64,000 bases of DNA from Candidatus Yanofskybacteria bacterium (GTDB lineage: Bacteria > Patescibacteriota > Minisyncoccia > 2-02-FULL-40-12 > IGHO2-12-FULL-4). The notes under the pieces were generated by a model that ran no database searches, was not told the origin of the DNA, and saw only the letters and a program-made list of their open reading frames with translations. The translations under genes and the position numbers were made by a program. This document shows, one piece after another, positions 19,426-28,101 of this stretch. Where the stretch lies: the NCBI GenBank assembly GCA_016185525.1, contig JACPNK010000006.1, positions 115,440 to 179,439 of the forward strand. Reading direction: 5' to 3'. Positions within the stretch are counted from its first letter, which is position 1, and each line of letters begins with the position of its first letter.

Positions 19426-19997
19426 ACAACTTTTTTACAAAGGTTCTTTTGGGATTGAATGATTTTTCCAAAAATTTGATGGGCGGTTTTAGTTTGGAAA
19501 AGTTTAATATGGATGTTCTGGTTGCTTTATTTTTATTGGTGGTAATTTTTCTTGTTGCCTTCAGTCTGGGGAAAACTAAAATTCTACTGGCCATAGTCAG
19601 CACTTACATTGCTTTATTTTTGCTGGCTATCTTTCCGTTTGTTTTTCAGATTGAAAAATTTTTTGGCGATTGGTTCGGCTTGTCGGCTGTTTTTTGGACG
19701 CGCCTGTCCGTCTTTGTTTTGTTTTTCGCTGTTTCACTGGCGATTTTAAACAAGTCCATTTTAAAACCAAGGATGTCAATGCAGGAATCTTCGCCGTTTT
19801 CCATTTTGTTTTTAAGCATTCTTGAGTCAGGCTTTTTGGTCAGCGCACTCATGGCATTCTCGGATTCTGCCAGCCAATCCAAACTCGGCCTTTCACCTTG
19901 GCTTCTGGCTTACTTCGGCACCCCGACTTCCCAATTTATCTGGGCGGTTTTGCCGTTGCTGGCGTTGGTATTTTTGAGAAGAAAGAAGGCGGTGTAA
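19422..19997 (+). CDS. Membrane protein
   Basis: About 5 TM helices; overlaps the upstream stop (ATGA). Confidence 0.75.
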   Translation: MNNFFTKVLLGLNDFSKNLMGGFSLEKFNMDVLVALFLLVVIFLVAFSLGKTKILLAIVSTYIALFLLAIFPFVFQIEKFFGDWFGLSAVFWTRLSVFVLFFAVSLAILNKSILKPRMSMQESSPFSILFLSILESGFLVSALMAFSDSASQSKLGLSPWLLAYFGTPTSQFIWAVLPLLALVFLRRKKAV

Positions 19998-19998
19998 A

Positions 19999-20580
19999 AT
20001 GAACAAAAAAGTTTACATAATTCATGGGTGGGATGGCAGCCCGAAAGAGCCGATGTTGCAATGGCTCAAGGTTTCGCTGGAAGAAAAAGGCTACGAAGTT
20101 TTTGTTCCGGAAATGCCGGAGCCGGCAGTACCTAAAATTGAAAGTTGGGTCGGTAAGTTAAAAGATGTTGTGATACCTGAAAAGGAAACTATTTTTATCG
20201 GCCACAGTATCGGTTGTCAGGCTGTTTTGCGCTATTTGGAAATGTTGAACGAAAATATAAAAATTGCTGGCTTAGTCTTGATTGCTCCTTGGATGGAACT
20301 GGACAGGCAGACGCTAGAAGAAGAGGGGCAAGAAGTGGTAGAGGTGGCTAAACCGTGGATGGAAACTCCTATTGATTTTCAAAAAGTAAAAGCTCGTGTT
20401 GGAAAGGTTGTGGCAATTTTTTCTGACAATGACCCGTTTGTGCCTCTTAGCCAAAAAGACTTATTTGAAAAAGAGCTTGGCGCGGAAATTATAATTGAAA
20501 ACGACAAAGGACACTTTACGGTAAGCGACGGTGTTGACAACCTGCCATCCGCCTTGAAAGCGGTGACTGAATTGTATTAG
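19999..20580 (+). CDS. RBBP9/YdeN-family alpha/beta hydrolase
   Basis: IIHGW, GHSIG nucleophile elbow, SDNDPFVP, GHF. Confidence 0.9.
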   Translation: MNKKVYIIHGWDGSPKEPMLQWLKVSLEEKGYEVFVPEMPEPAVPKIESWVGKLKDVVIPEKETIFIGHSIGCQAVLRYLEMLNENIKIAGLVLIAPWMELDRQTLEEEGQEVVEVAKPWMETPIDFQKVKARVGKVVAIFSDNDPFVPLSQKDLFEKELGAEIIIENDKGHFTVSDGVDNLPSALKAVTELY

Positions 20581-20587
20581 TCCTACC

Positions 20588-20632
20588 ATCAAGGTTGAAC
20601 CTTGATTTATAAGGCGTCGCCTTGATATTTCA
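20588..20632. repeat. Two adjacent REP-like palindromes
   Basis: ATCAAGGTT-G-AACCTTGAT and AAGGCG-T-CGCCTT(GATATTTCA). Confidence 0.8.
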
Positions 20633-20633
20633 A

Positions 20634-20702
20634 TTTGTCGATCCTTATTCACCTTGGCAAAGAGGTACTAACGAAAATACCAACAGGCTTATCCGAATTT
20701 GA
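20634..20702 (+). pseudogene. IS30-family transposase fragment
   Basis: Translates as FVDPYSPWQRGTNENTNRLIRI*, matching the IS30 catalytic-Glu region (PxSPWQRGxNENxNGLIR). Confidence 0.8.
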
Positions 20703-20801
20703 AATTAAAAAAGCCGAGATTAGACTTAATTCTCGGCTCAGATAGAGGTTAAACCTCTATCATAAAAGGGGTGGAGTTCTAAAGAAATTTCACAATCTTA
20801 G

Positions 20802-21080
20802 TTAGTCGTACGAGCCGTCATGGAAAGAGTAACCACAACAGAGGCAAAGCGCTATAAAAGCAATTACAGCCTCAGTCTTTTTTCTTCCACACTTCACACA
20901 CTGCCACGCCTGTACTTCTTTATACCGTGCCATCGGACTTCCACAATGATAACTTGTCCAATAATTTTTCTGGCCGAATACTCCCGGATTAGGTTTAAGT
21001 TGTTTCTCACCGATAATCTTCCACTCTGGTTCGTGGTTACGACATTGACCATGTAAACACTCAGAATTGTATTGGTTCAT
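20802..21080 (-). CDS. Small Cys/His-rich hypothetical protein
   Basis: CVKC and CLCC motifs; own promoter TTGACT-17-TACTAT, AGGAG RBS, hairpin at 20706-20738. Confidence 0.65.
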   Translation of the reverse strand: MNQYNSECLHGQCRNHEPEWKIIGEKQLKPNPGVFGQKNYWTSYHCGSPMARYKEVQAWQCVKCGRKKTEAVIAFIALCLCCGYSFHDGSYD

Positions 21081-21161
21081 AGCAATCTCCTTTTTCGGGT
21101 GCTAATTTATATAGTACACAAAAATCAAAATAAAGTCAATCAAACTGCAATGGCTTAAGGT

Positions 21162-21188
21162 ATGTCAAGGCGTCGCCTTGATATTTCA
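21162..21188. repeat. REP-like palindrome; 22-bp direct repeat of 20611-20632
   Basis: AAGGCGTCGCCTTGATATTTCA is identical at 20611 and 21167. Confidence 0.85.
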
Positions 21189-21249
21189 GCTTTTTCCGGT
21201 GTGGGGCTTTTTTATTGCAAAATTATGTCTTGGTGCCGAGCTTGGTTGA

Positions 21250-21433
21250 GGTTTGGTCACTTTCCGTCGAATATGGCTGAGCAAAGACAAATAAACGAAA
21301 ACTTTAGAAATCAAGGCCGGTAATAAAAAATTGGTGGGATGGTTTCGACCGGTACCAATTTTTTGTCGGCTTGATGATAAAGTTGAGTATTATTTGTTTG
21401 CGAGGTCCATCTCGTAAGGAAAGTGATCAGACC
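21250..21433 (+). ncRNA. Candidate 184-nt rod-shaped structured RNA or MITE
   Basis: Nested stems GGTTTGGTCACTTTCC/GGAAAGTGATCAGACC, ACAAATAA/TTATTTGT, AACTTTA/TAAAGTT, ATCAAG-CCGG/TCGGCTTGAT, AAAAAATTGGT/ACCAATTTTTT. Confidence 0.45.
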
Positions 21434-21515
21434 GAAACTTTAAAAATCTACCCTTTATTAACTCTCTCCGCCCCGAACAAATTGCCTTGCAATTTAACGG
21501 GGTAAATATACTCTC

Positions 21516-22088
21516 CTATTTTTTCTCTACACGCTCAACGTAGTTTCCGTTTTGTGTGTTTAGTCTGATAATATCGCCTTCGTTGATGAAGAGGGGGACG
21601 TTGATGATGGCGCCGGTTTCTAGTTTAACTTGCTTGACTCCGCCTTGAGCGGTATCGCCACGGATTGCCGGAGGAGCTTCTATAACTTTAAAATCCATTT
21701 TTACGGGCAATTCAATGTTGATTATTTTTTGATTGAACAAGATGGCCTTTGTTACAGTATTGGCTTTGAGAAATTTTACAGCATCACCGATGAGCTCTTG
21801 GCTTAATTGAAATCTTTTGCCCGGATCATTTTCATGGCAAAACCAGTACTCTTCCCGGTGGTTGTATAGAAATTTTACATTTTGATACTCAATATCGGCT
21901 TCTTCAAAAACGTCAGATTGCTGGAAATTTCTTTCATAAAGTTTGCCGTTGAGCATGTTTTTCATTTTGGTTTGCATAACCGGTCTTCTTTGCTGCATCT
22001 TAAGATGATGCGTTTCAAGCACCGCATAAGGCTGGCCTTCGTAAATAAAAAAGACTCCGGGTTTTAAGTCATTCATGCCTATTGACAT
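21516..22088 (-). CDS. efp: Elongation factor P
   Basis: DLKPG...PPAIRGDTAQGG...LETGA.INVPLFINEGD...YVER. Confidence 0.96.
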   Translation of the reverse strand: MSIGMNDLKPGVFFIYEGQPYAVLETHHLKMQQRRPVMQTKMKNMLNGKLYERNFQQSDVFEEADIEYQNVKFLYNHREEYWFCHENDPGKRFQLSQELIGDAVKFLKANTVTKAILFNQKIINIELPVKMDFKVIEAPPAIRGDTAQGGVKQVKLETGAIINVPLFINEGDIIRLNTQNGNYVERVEKK

Positions 22089-22196
22089 AGAGATATTTTA
22101 ACAATTTAAACCGTCTTTTCAACTTGACAAGTTGCTTTTAATCTACCATTATCTTGATGGCGTTTTGAACTTTTATAACTGAACAGGAGGGTAAAG

Positions 22197-22244
22197 TTGA
22201 AAAAGAATGAGGCTCTGCTTGTCATAGATGTTGACCGAAAAATA
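22197..22244 (+). pseudogene. 15-codon remnant resembling an isochorismatase/cysteine-hydrolase N-terminus
   Basis: AGGAGG RBS, then TTG start: MKKNEALLVIDVDRK*; followed by hairpin AACCCTACACCA-TG-TGGTGTAGGGTT (22248-22273). Confidence 0.5.
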
Positions 22245-22278
22245 AATTAACCCTACACCATGTGGTGTAGGGTTGTTT

Positions 22279-23628
22279 TTAAACAGTTTCTACTTTTGCT
22301 CCGAGGGCGGAAAGTTTTTCAGGCAGTTTTTGGTAGCCTCTTTCCACAATTTCAAAATTTTGAATTATGCTTTCGCCTTCGGCGCAGAGTCCGGCAAGGA
22401 CAAGGCCGACACCATTGCGCAGGTCGGGACTTAACTGGGTTCTGCCTCTAAGCGGCGTCGGACCTTTTACCAGCAGGCCTCGGTTGCCGAGAATCTTGAT
22501 GTCGGCTCCCATATTGTTTAGGGCATTGGCCAAGTTTATCAAACGGCCGTTATACATGTAGTCAATAAATTCCAACTCTCCCTTGCGTTGCGTGGCAAGC
22601 ACAAGAAACAGAGGCAAGGCGTCGGTCGGCAGTCCATACCACGGCTCGGCTTTTATTTCTTTAAGCGCCGGACTGATAGCCGGAGGAAATTCAAAAACTT
22701 TTTTGCCCCAGATTAGCCAATCGTAGCTGTTTGTGCGTTCGGCAAAGTAACTGAAGACTCCCATTTGGTCCAGGTACTTTTTTATCAGTTCAAGCTCTTT
22801 GGGGTAAATGTTTTTAACAATAACGTTGCTTTTGGCAACAGCCGCGGCTACCGCGAAAGTCAGGGCTTCAATATAGTCCGGCTCAATTTTTGCCGCTAGC
22901 GGCCAAGCGGGGTTTTCTCCAAGTTTGCCGGCGTGGACAGTCAACAAGTTGCTTTCCTGTCCTGAAATTTTTGCCCCCATAAGTTCCAAAAGATAGCACA
23001 AAGTCTGTATATGCGGCTCACAAGCGGCATTTTTGATTATCAGGTGGTTGTTTAAGCTGCCAGCGGCAAAAAGAAGAATATTTTCTGTTGCCGTAACTGA
23101 AGTTTCCTTAAGCCACAATTCTTTCACTTCATCACTTTCCTCAAGCCGGTTTCTTTCCAGACAGGTAAAGCCGTCATCGGTATTTTTGATTTTTATTCCT
23201 AATTCTTTGAAAGCATCAAGGTGCGTGTCAATTGGTCTGGGCCCAATTTTACAGCCTCCGGGTTGGGGCAATAAAACCCTATCATATAATCTCAATAACG
23301 GACCGACCAAAAGTATTGAGGCCCGCAGTTTTCTGGCTTCTTCCATCGGAATCCTGATTTCTTTGTCTCCGGGGCCTCCGAGCCGCGTTGAATCGGCTTT
23401 GATTAGCAGAACGCCCGGTTTAGTCCGGTTTATTTCAAGTCCAAGATTTCTAAGCATTTCAATAAAAACCCGCACATCTCTTATGTCCGGTATGTTTGCC
23501 AGTTCCATTGTCTGATCCGGTTCCAAAAGCAGGCTTGCCGCCAAACAAGGCAAAGCGGAATTTTTGTTTCCGCTTACGGCAATTTCTCCCGACAACTCCG
23601 TTTTTCCTGTGATTTTTAGATTACTCAT
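22279..23628 (-). CDS. murA: UDP-GlcNAc 1-carboxyvinyltransferase
   Basis: SGNKNSALP, LRASIL, PGGCKIGPRPIDTH, SVTATEN, NAACEP, PDLR, VERGY. Confidence 0.95.
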   Translation of the reverse strand: MSNLKITGKTELSGEIAVSGNKNSALPCLAASLLLEPDQTMELANIPDIRDVRVFIEMLRNLGLEINRTKPGVLLIKADSTRLGGPGDKEIRIPMEEARKLRASILLVGPLLRLYDRVLLPQPGGCKIGPRPIDTHLDAFKELGIKIKNTDDGFTCLERNRLEESDEVKELWLKETSVTATENILLFAAGSLNNHLIIKNAACEPHIQTLCYLLELMGAKISGQESNLLTVHAGKLGENPAWPLAAKIEPDYIEALTFAVAAAVAKSNVIVKNIYPKELELIKKYLDQMGVFSYFAERTNSYDWLIWGKKVFEFPPAISPALKEIKAEPWYGLPTDALPLFLVLATQRKGELEFIDYMYNGRLINLANALNNMGADIKILGNRGLLVKGPTPLRGRTQLSPDLRNGVGLVLAGLCAEGESIIQNFEIVERGYQKLPEKLSALGAKVETV

Positions 23629-24653
23629 TTTAAACTCCTTGTTGTCTCCTGTTCAAAACCCAGAAAGAAAATTTCCGGTTCCAGCAGAATTTCAAAAAGC
23701 TCAAAAACTGTTCCATGGACTTTTGCCATCAACGACAAAACATCTGATGCCGTAGCTTTTTTCTCGGGGTTGATTATAAAGTTGGCATGTTTGGTTGAAA
23801 CTTCCGCTCCGCCTATCCGCAGTCCTTTTAGACCGGCAAGCTCAATGATTTGTCCTGCCAAGGCGCAACCTTCCGGATTTTTGAAAACACAGCCGGAGCT
23901 TGGCAAGTCCAGCGGCTGGGACTCTTTTCTCTGCCTTAAAAGTTCTTCGGCGTATTTTTCAATTTCTTCTTTATTGTCGCGCTTGAGGATAACTTCAACC
24001 AGAAATATAACCTCTTTGTGGGATAAAGTCTGGAAAAGAGAAAGGTCGTATCCGAACTGTAAGTCTTTTTGCTTGTAACAGTTTTCCTTCAGCAAGTTAT
24101 CTAGAGGAAAGGGAATAGTCCAAACTTTGGTGACAAAACTGCCAAAAAGCTGGTCTCTTTTGAAGTGGGCGTTGTTGTAAACCGCTCCACCGACTGTGCC
24201 GGGCAAGCCGAGAAAAGGTTCTAGGCCGGTCAGTCCGAGATTCATAGAAAATTTAACAAGCTTTTGCATCGGACATCCGGCGGCAACTTGGATAGTTACC
24301 GGATCACTGCCATGATAAGGAGTTGAGGATAGAATACTGTTAGTATCCAAGCGCAAAACCAGACCCGGCAAACCTTTATCCGAAACAAGCACATTTGACC
24401 CGCCGCCTAATACGGTAAACAGTATTTTTTCGTCGGTGCAGAACTTCAAGACATTTTTCAAAGGCTGTGTGTTTCGGCTGTCCGTGTAGGTCAGAAAAGA
24501 TTCTGCCGGTCCGCCAATTTTGAAATAGGTGTGCTGACTTAATGGTTCATCAAACTTGATATTCGGCGCCAGTTTTAAAAGTTCTTTTTTCTGTTCTTCG
24601 GTAAGCAATTTAAACCTCTTTTTTCCGTTCCGTATTGCGCTTAAAAGTAACAC
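23625..24653 (-). CDS. murB: UDP-N-acetylenolpyruvoylglucosamine reductase
   Basis: FKIGGPA, GGGSNVL, LPGTVGGAVYNNA, SSGCVFKNP, KHANFIIN, LEPE. Confidence 0.95.
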   Translation of the reverse strand: MLLLSAIRNGKKRFKLLTEEQKKELLKLAPNIKFDEPLSQHTYFKIGGPAESFLTYTDSRNTQPLKNVLKFCTDEKILFTVLGGGSNVLVSDKGLPGLVLRLDTNSILSSTPYHGSDPVTIQVAAGCPMQKLVKFSMNLGLTGLEPFLGLPGTVGGAVYNNAHFKRDQLFGSFVTKVWTIPFPLDNLLKENCYKQKDLQFGYDLSLFQTLSHKEVIFLVEVILKRDNKEEIEKYAEELLRQRKESQPLDLPSSGCVFKNPEGCALAGQIIELAGLKGLRIGGAEVSTKHANFIINPEKKATASDVLSLMAKVHGTVFELFEILLEPEIFFLGFEQETTRSLK

Positions 24654-24710
24654 TAATTAACCGGGTTATCAACCCCGATTAATTATAGATTATGCATTGT
24701 ATAATTTATG

Positions 24711-25469
24711 CTAATCTTTTTTAAAAATCAAAGAGATAAAGAATATAGAGGCACTGACTAGAACTACTAGCGGGCCGGGCGAAAACTTGATGATTGAGGC
24801 GAAGTATATTCCAACAACAGAACTGACTAAACCTATAAAAGCGCTGAAACCGGCATAGTTTGATAAGTTATGACTCAAATTTTTAGAAGCGGCGGCCGGT
24901 ATAATTACAAGAGCGCCCATAAGCAGAGTGCCGACAACTTTAATGCCTAAAGCTACGATCAGAGCGACAATTAACAGAAATATAAAATCTATTCTTTTTG
25001 TTTTAACACCGACTGACTTTGCCAAGTCGTCCGATATGGTGCCAAGCACCAGTTTGTTATAAATCCGGTGAACAACAATAATAGCTGTTAAAGAAAGGGT
25101 GATAGCTGTAAATACATCTAAAGCAGAAGTTTTGGAAATATCTCCGAATAAGGCTTCAAGAAGTTCCGGTTCGGGGGTGATAATCAATCCAATGGCTAAG
25201 CTTAAGGTAAAGAAAATACCGACAAGGGTTTCTGTTGAGAGTTTGGTTTTGTTTTCTATCAGCCAGATGAAAACGATACTGGTAAACAAAGCGGCAAAGG
25301 CGCCCAAGAACGGGTTGAAATGAAAGAGCAGTCCCAAAGCCAAACCGGGCAGGGCAACGTGTGATAAAGCGTCGCCGACCAGGGACATCTTTCTTAGCAC
25401 CATCAGGGAACCTAAATATCCGGAGGCCAGTCCGACAAAAGCGCCGACAATGAGAGAAAAGATAGGCAT
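24711..25469 (-). CDS. Zn/Mn ABC transporter permease (ZnuB-like)
   Basis: SLVGDALSHVALPG, ALFGDI, VGTLLMGALVIIPAA. Confidence 0.92.
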   Translation of the reverse strand: MPIFSLIVGAFVGLASGYLGSLMVLRKMSLVGDALSHVALPGLALGLLFHFNPFLGAFAALFTSIVFIWLIENKTKLSTETLVGIFFTLSLAIGLIITPEPELLEALFGDISKTSALDVFTAITLSLTAIIVVHRIYNKLVLGTISDDLAKSVGVKTKRIDFIFLLIVALIVALGIKVVGTLLMGALVIIPAAASKNLSHNLSNYAGFSAFIGLVSSVVGIYFASIIKFSPGPLVVLVSASIFFISLIFKKD

Positions 25470-25610
25470 AAAAATTAATCTAATTTCTAATTAACCTAAT
25501 TGACCTAAACAATACCCAACTGCCAAGTTCCAAAAAGGTTTTAGTTGTTGGTCATTGTGGATTTGGGATTTATTTAGAATAATTAGAGCAATTAGAAATT
25601 AGAAATTTCT
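25470..25610. repeat. Inverted AT-rich degenerate repeat array (intergenic)
   Basis: TCTAATT/CCTAATT units mirrored by AATTAGA units. Confidence 0.65.
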
Positions 25611-26321
25611 TTAATGTTCATGACTATAAAACTTGGCTTCTCCACCGTATAATTTACTTAAACTTGCCGGGTCTAAAACCGTATGCGGTTCGCCGAAGCA
25701 AATCATTTCTTTGTTCAGGCACATTACCTTGTCGGCGTAGTGGTAAACAATATTGAGGTCGTGCGATATTAGGACAAGAGCAAGCTTGTTTTGTGTTTGC
25801 AGTTTGTGCAGGAGATTATAGATTGTTTCCTCGCCTCCGACGTCAATTCCGGAAGTGGGCTCGTCAAAAAGCAAGATGTCCGGCTTATTGATGATTGCCC
25901 AGGCTATCATAACTCTCTGGAACTGACCACCTGACAAAGCGCCCAGTTTTTTACTTAAAACGTGGCGATGCAGATGTTCTTCGTCGCCGGTAATGCCTAC
26001 CGAGTTAAGCGCCTCATTTATCGTTTGCTTTGATTTGGTTTTAAAGCCGAAAAAGTCACCTACGCTTATAGGAAAATGGGCATCAACAAAAAGTTTTTGA
26101 GGCACGTAACCGATTTTTATATTTTTTGCCCACTTAACGTTACCGGAGTAGGGAATAAAGTCCAAAATAGCTCTAAATAAGACCGACTTACCAGAACCAT
26201 TTGGGCCGACAATTGCCACGGCTTCTCCTTTTTTAACTTCAAAACTGATGTCGTGGAAGACATTAAAATCACCAAACGAAACGGAAAGGTTCCCAACTTC
26301 AAGTATTTTATCACTATCCAT
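25611..26321 (-). CDS. Zn/Mn ABC transporter ATPase (ZnuC-like)
   Basis: GPNGSGKS, GYVPQK, LSGGQFQR, DEPTSGID, ISHD. Confidence 0.92.
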   Translation of the reverse strand: MDSDKILEVGNLSVSFGDFNVFHDISFEVKKGEAVAIVGPNGSGKSVLFRAILDFIPYSGNVKWAKNIKIGYVPQKLFVDAHFPISVGDFFGFKTKSKQTINEALNSVGITGDEEHLHRHVLSKKLGALSGGQFQRVMIAWAIINKPDILLFDEPTSGIDVGGEETIYNLLHKLQTQNKLALVLISHDLNIVYHYADKVMCLNKEMICFGEPHTVLDPASLSKLYGGEAKFYSHEH

Positions 26322-26339
26322 GTTTATAGTTTATCAAAA

Positions 26340-27269
26340 TTAGACTTTTTCCAAAAGTCTACCGTAACCGTTTATAAACTCTTTGGTGTTTAGCACTTTT
26401 CCTCCTTCAAGCTGGAGTTTTAACAGCTCTAAATAATCCTTAGCGCAAGGCATAATCAAAAGACCGTTTTTTTGATAAATTTTTCCACTTAGAAGTTCTC
26501 CACTTAGAAGTTCAACTTCTAAGTGACTTTTATGAATTTTGCAGTCAATAATTTTTAATATTTTATTTTGCCACTTAAACCATATTCCCGGCCATTTGTG
26601 AAAGGCGCGAAATTGGTTGTAAATTTCTTCGGCTGTTTTGTGCCAGTTTATTTTGCCGTCTTCTTTGGTAATAATTTTAGTGAAGGTGGCTTGCGACTCG
26701 TCTTGCGGTTGAGGTGTGGTTTTTCCACTAAGATATTTCGGTAATAACTTAAGTAATAAGCCAGCACCCTTTTTCACCAGACGCATTTTTAGGTCATAGT
26801 ATTTGTCATCCGGCGCGATTGGTTCTTGTTCCATTCCTAAGACGGGTCCGTGGTCAACTTTTTCGTCCAGCACAAAGACCGTTACGCCGGTCTCTTTTTC
26901 GCCGTTAAGCAGGGCGTACTGGATGGGGGACGGGCCGCGGTATTTCGGTAACAGCGAACCGTGGATATTGAGTAAACCATGTTTCGGTAGGTGCAAAAAC
27001 CGTTCAGGAATAATTTTTCCGTAATCTACAACAATTCCGACTGTGGATTGTTTGGCAATTTCTTCAATGCGAGCCAAAGACGGGTCATCTTTTTTAAAAT
27101 TTTCCGGCTGAAGCACTTCAATATTGTGAGATAGGGCTAACTGCTCGGCGGGTGTTGCCGTTTGGCTGTCCGGCGCGGTTACCACAGCCACAACAGTATA
27201 GTCAGCTTGAATCAGCGCTTCCAATACGGGCGTGGCAAAATCCGAAGTGCCAAAGAAAATAGTTTTCAT
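26340..27269 (-). CDS. fmt: Methionyl-tRNA formyltransferase
   Basis: FFGTSDFA, NIHGSLLPKYRGPSPIQ, KITKEDGKINW-like segment. Confidence 0.95.
   Translation of the reverse strand: MKTIFFGTSDFATPVLEALIQADYTVVAVVTAPDSQTATPAEQLALSHNIEVLQPENFKKDDPSLARIEEIAKQSTVGIVVDYGKIIPERFLHLPKHGLLNIHGSLLPKYRGPSPIQYALLNGEKETGVTVFVLDEKVDHGPVLGMEQEPIAPDDKYYDLKMRLVKKGAGLLLKLLPKYLSGKTTPQPQDESQATFTKIITKEDGKINWHKTAEEIYNQFRAFHKWPGIWFKWQNKILKIIDCKIHKSHLEVELLSGELLSGKIYQKNGLLIMPCAKDYLELLKLQLEGGKVLNTKEFINGYGRLLEKV
26485..26525. repeat. RAYT-associated palindrome plus 15-nt duplication, in-frame inside fmt
   Basis: CCACTTAGAAGTTCT-CCACTTAGAAGTT-C-AACTTCTAAGTG; encodes HLEVELLSGELLSG. Confidence 0.85.
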
Positions 27270-27420
27270 AAATTAACCTAATTATTCTAATTTTTAATTT
27301 TTCTAATCAATTTCTAATATTTAATACTCTCAATTCCCAAAAAATTCTAGAAATTAGATTTTGGTTTGTTGTGGTTTGATTAGGTTAATTAGTGTAATTA
27401 GATCAATTAGAATAATTTTT
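27270..27420. repeat. Inverted AT-rich degenerate repeat array (same style as 25470-25610)
   Basis: AATTAACCTAAT/ATTAGGTTAATT and TTCTAAT/ATTAGAA units. Confidence 0.65.
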
Positions 27421-27864
27421 ACTGACTTTTTCTTTTATCAAGACTCCGTTTAAGTGGTCAGTTTCGTGCTGAAGCACTCTTGCCAGGAAACCCCTGGCTT
27501 TTATTTTTATTTTGTTGCCGTTTTCGTCCAGTGCTTTTATTTTTATTTTTTTAGCTCTTGCAACAGATGCAAAATATTCCGGCAGAGAGAGACATCCTTC
27601 TTCCATTTCGGTTTTATCTTTTGAGTATTCGGTAATTTCCGGATTGATGTAAGCATCTGGCACTTTATTTTCTTCCGCCAGTTTTTTATCAATAACAAAA
27701 ATTGCCAAGTTTTGGCCGACTTGATTTGCCGCCAAGCCGACGCCAAGCGACTCAACCATCTGCTTTTTCATATTCGAAATCAACCCTCGTATTTCCGGAG
27801 TTATCTCCTTGACTTCTTTTAGTTTTTGTGATAGTATTTTACTTGGATGTTTTACAATTTGCAT
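27403..27864 (-). CDS. def: Peptide deformylase
   Basis: GVGLAANQVG, EGCLS, QHETDHLNG. Confidence 0.97.
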   Translation of the reverse strand: MQIVKHPSKILSQKLKEVKEITPEIRGLISNMKKQMVESLGVGLAANQVGQNLAIFVIDKKLAEENKVPDAYINPEITEYSKDKTEMEEGCLSLPEYFASVARAKKIKIKALDENGNKIKIKARGFLARVLQHETDHLNGVLIKEKVSKNYSN

Positions 27865-27888
27865 ATCGCATTAGGATGGGAGGTATTT

Positions 27889-28083
27889 ATGGGTTTTTTT
27901 ACTTTATTCCTTTATATTTTGGGCATTGCTTTTATTTTTGGTGTGGGGGGCTTTATTTTTGAAAAAAATCAAGGTTTTACAAATAGAGAGGCAATACAAA
28001 CCTTCTCTGGTGTATTTTGGGCTGCCTTATTTTTGCTTTGTTTTGTGCTACTTGTGTCCTTTCTGTGTTCTTATTTTATTTGA
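27889..28083 (+). CDS. Small two-TM membrane protein, opposite strand to the priA-def operon
   Basis: GGAGG RBS 5 nt before ATG 27889; two hydrophobic helices; fills the priA-def gap. Confidence 0.5.
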   Translation: MGFFTLFLYILGIAFIFGVGGFIFEKNQGFTNREAIQTFSGVFWAALFLLCFVLLVSFLCSYFI

Positions 28084-28101
28084 TTTTCCGTTCCTAATTC
28101 A

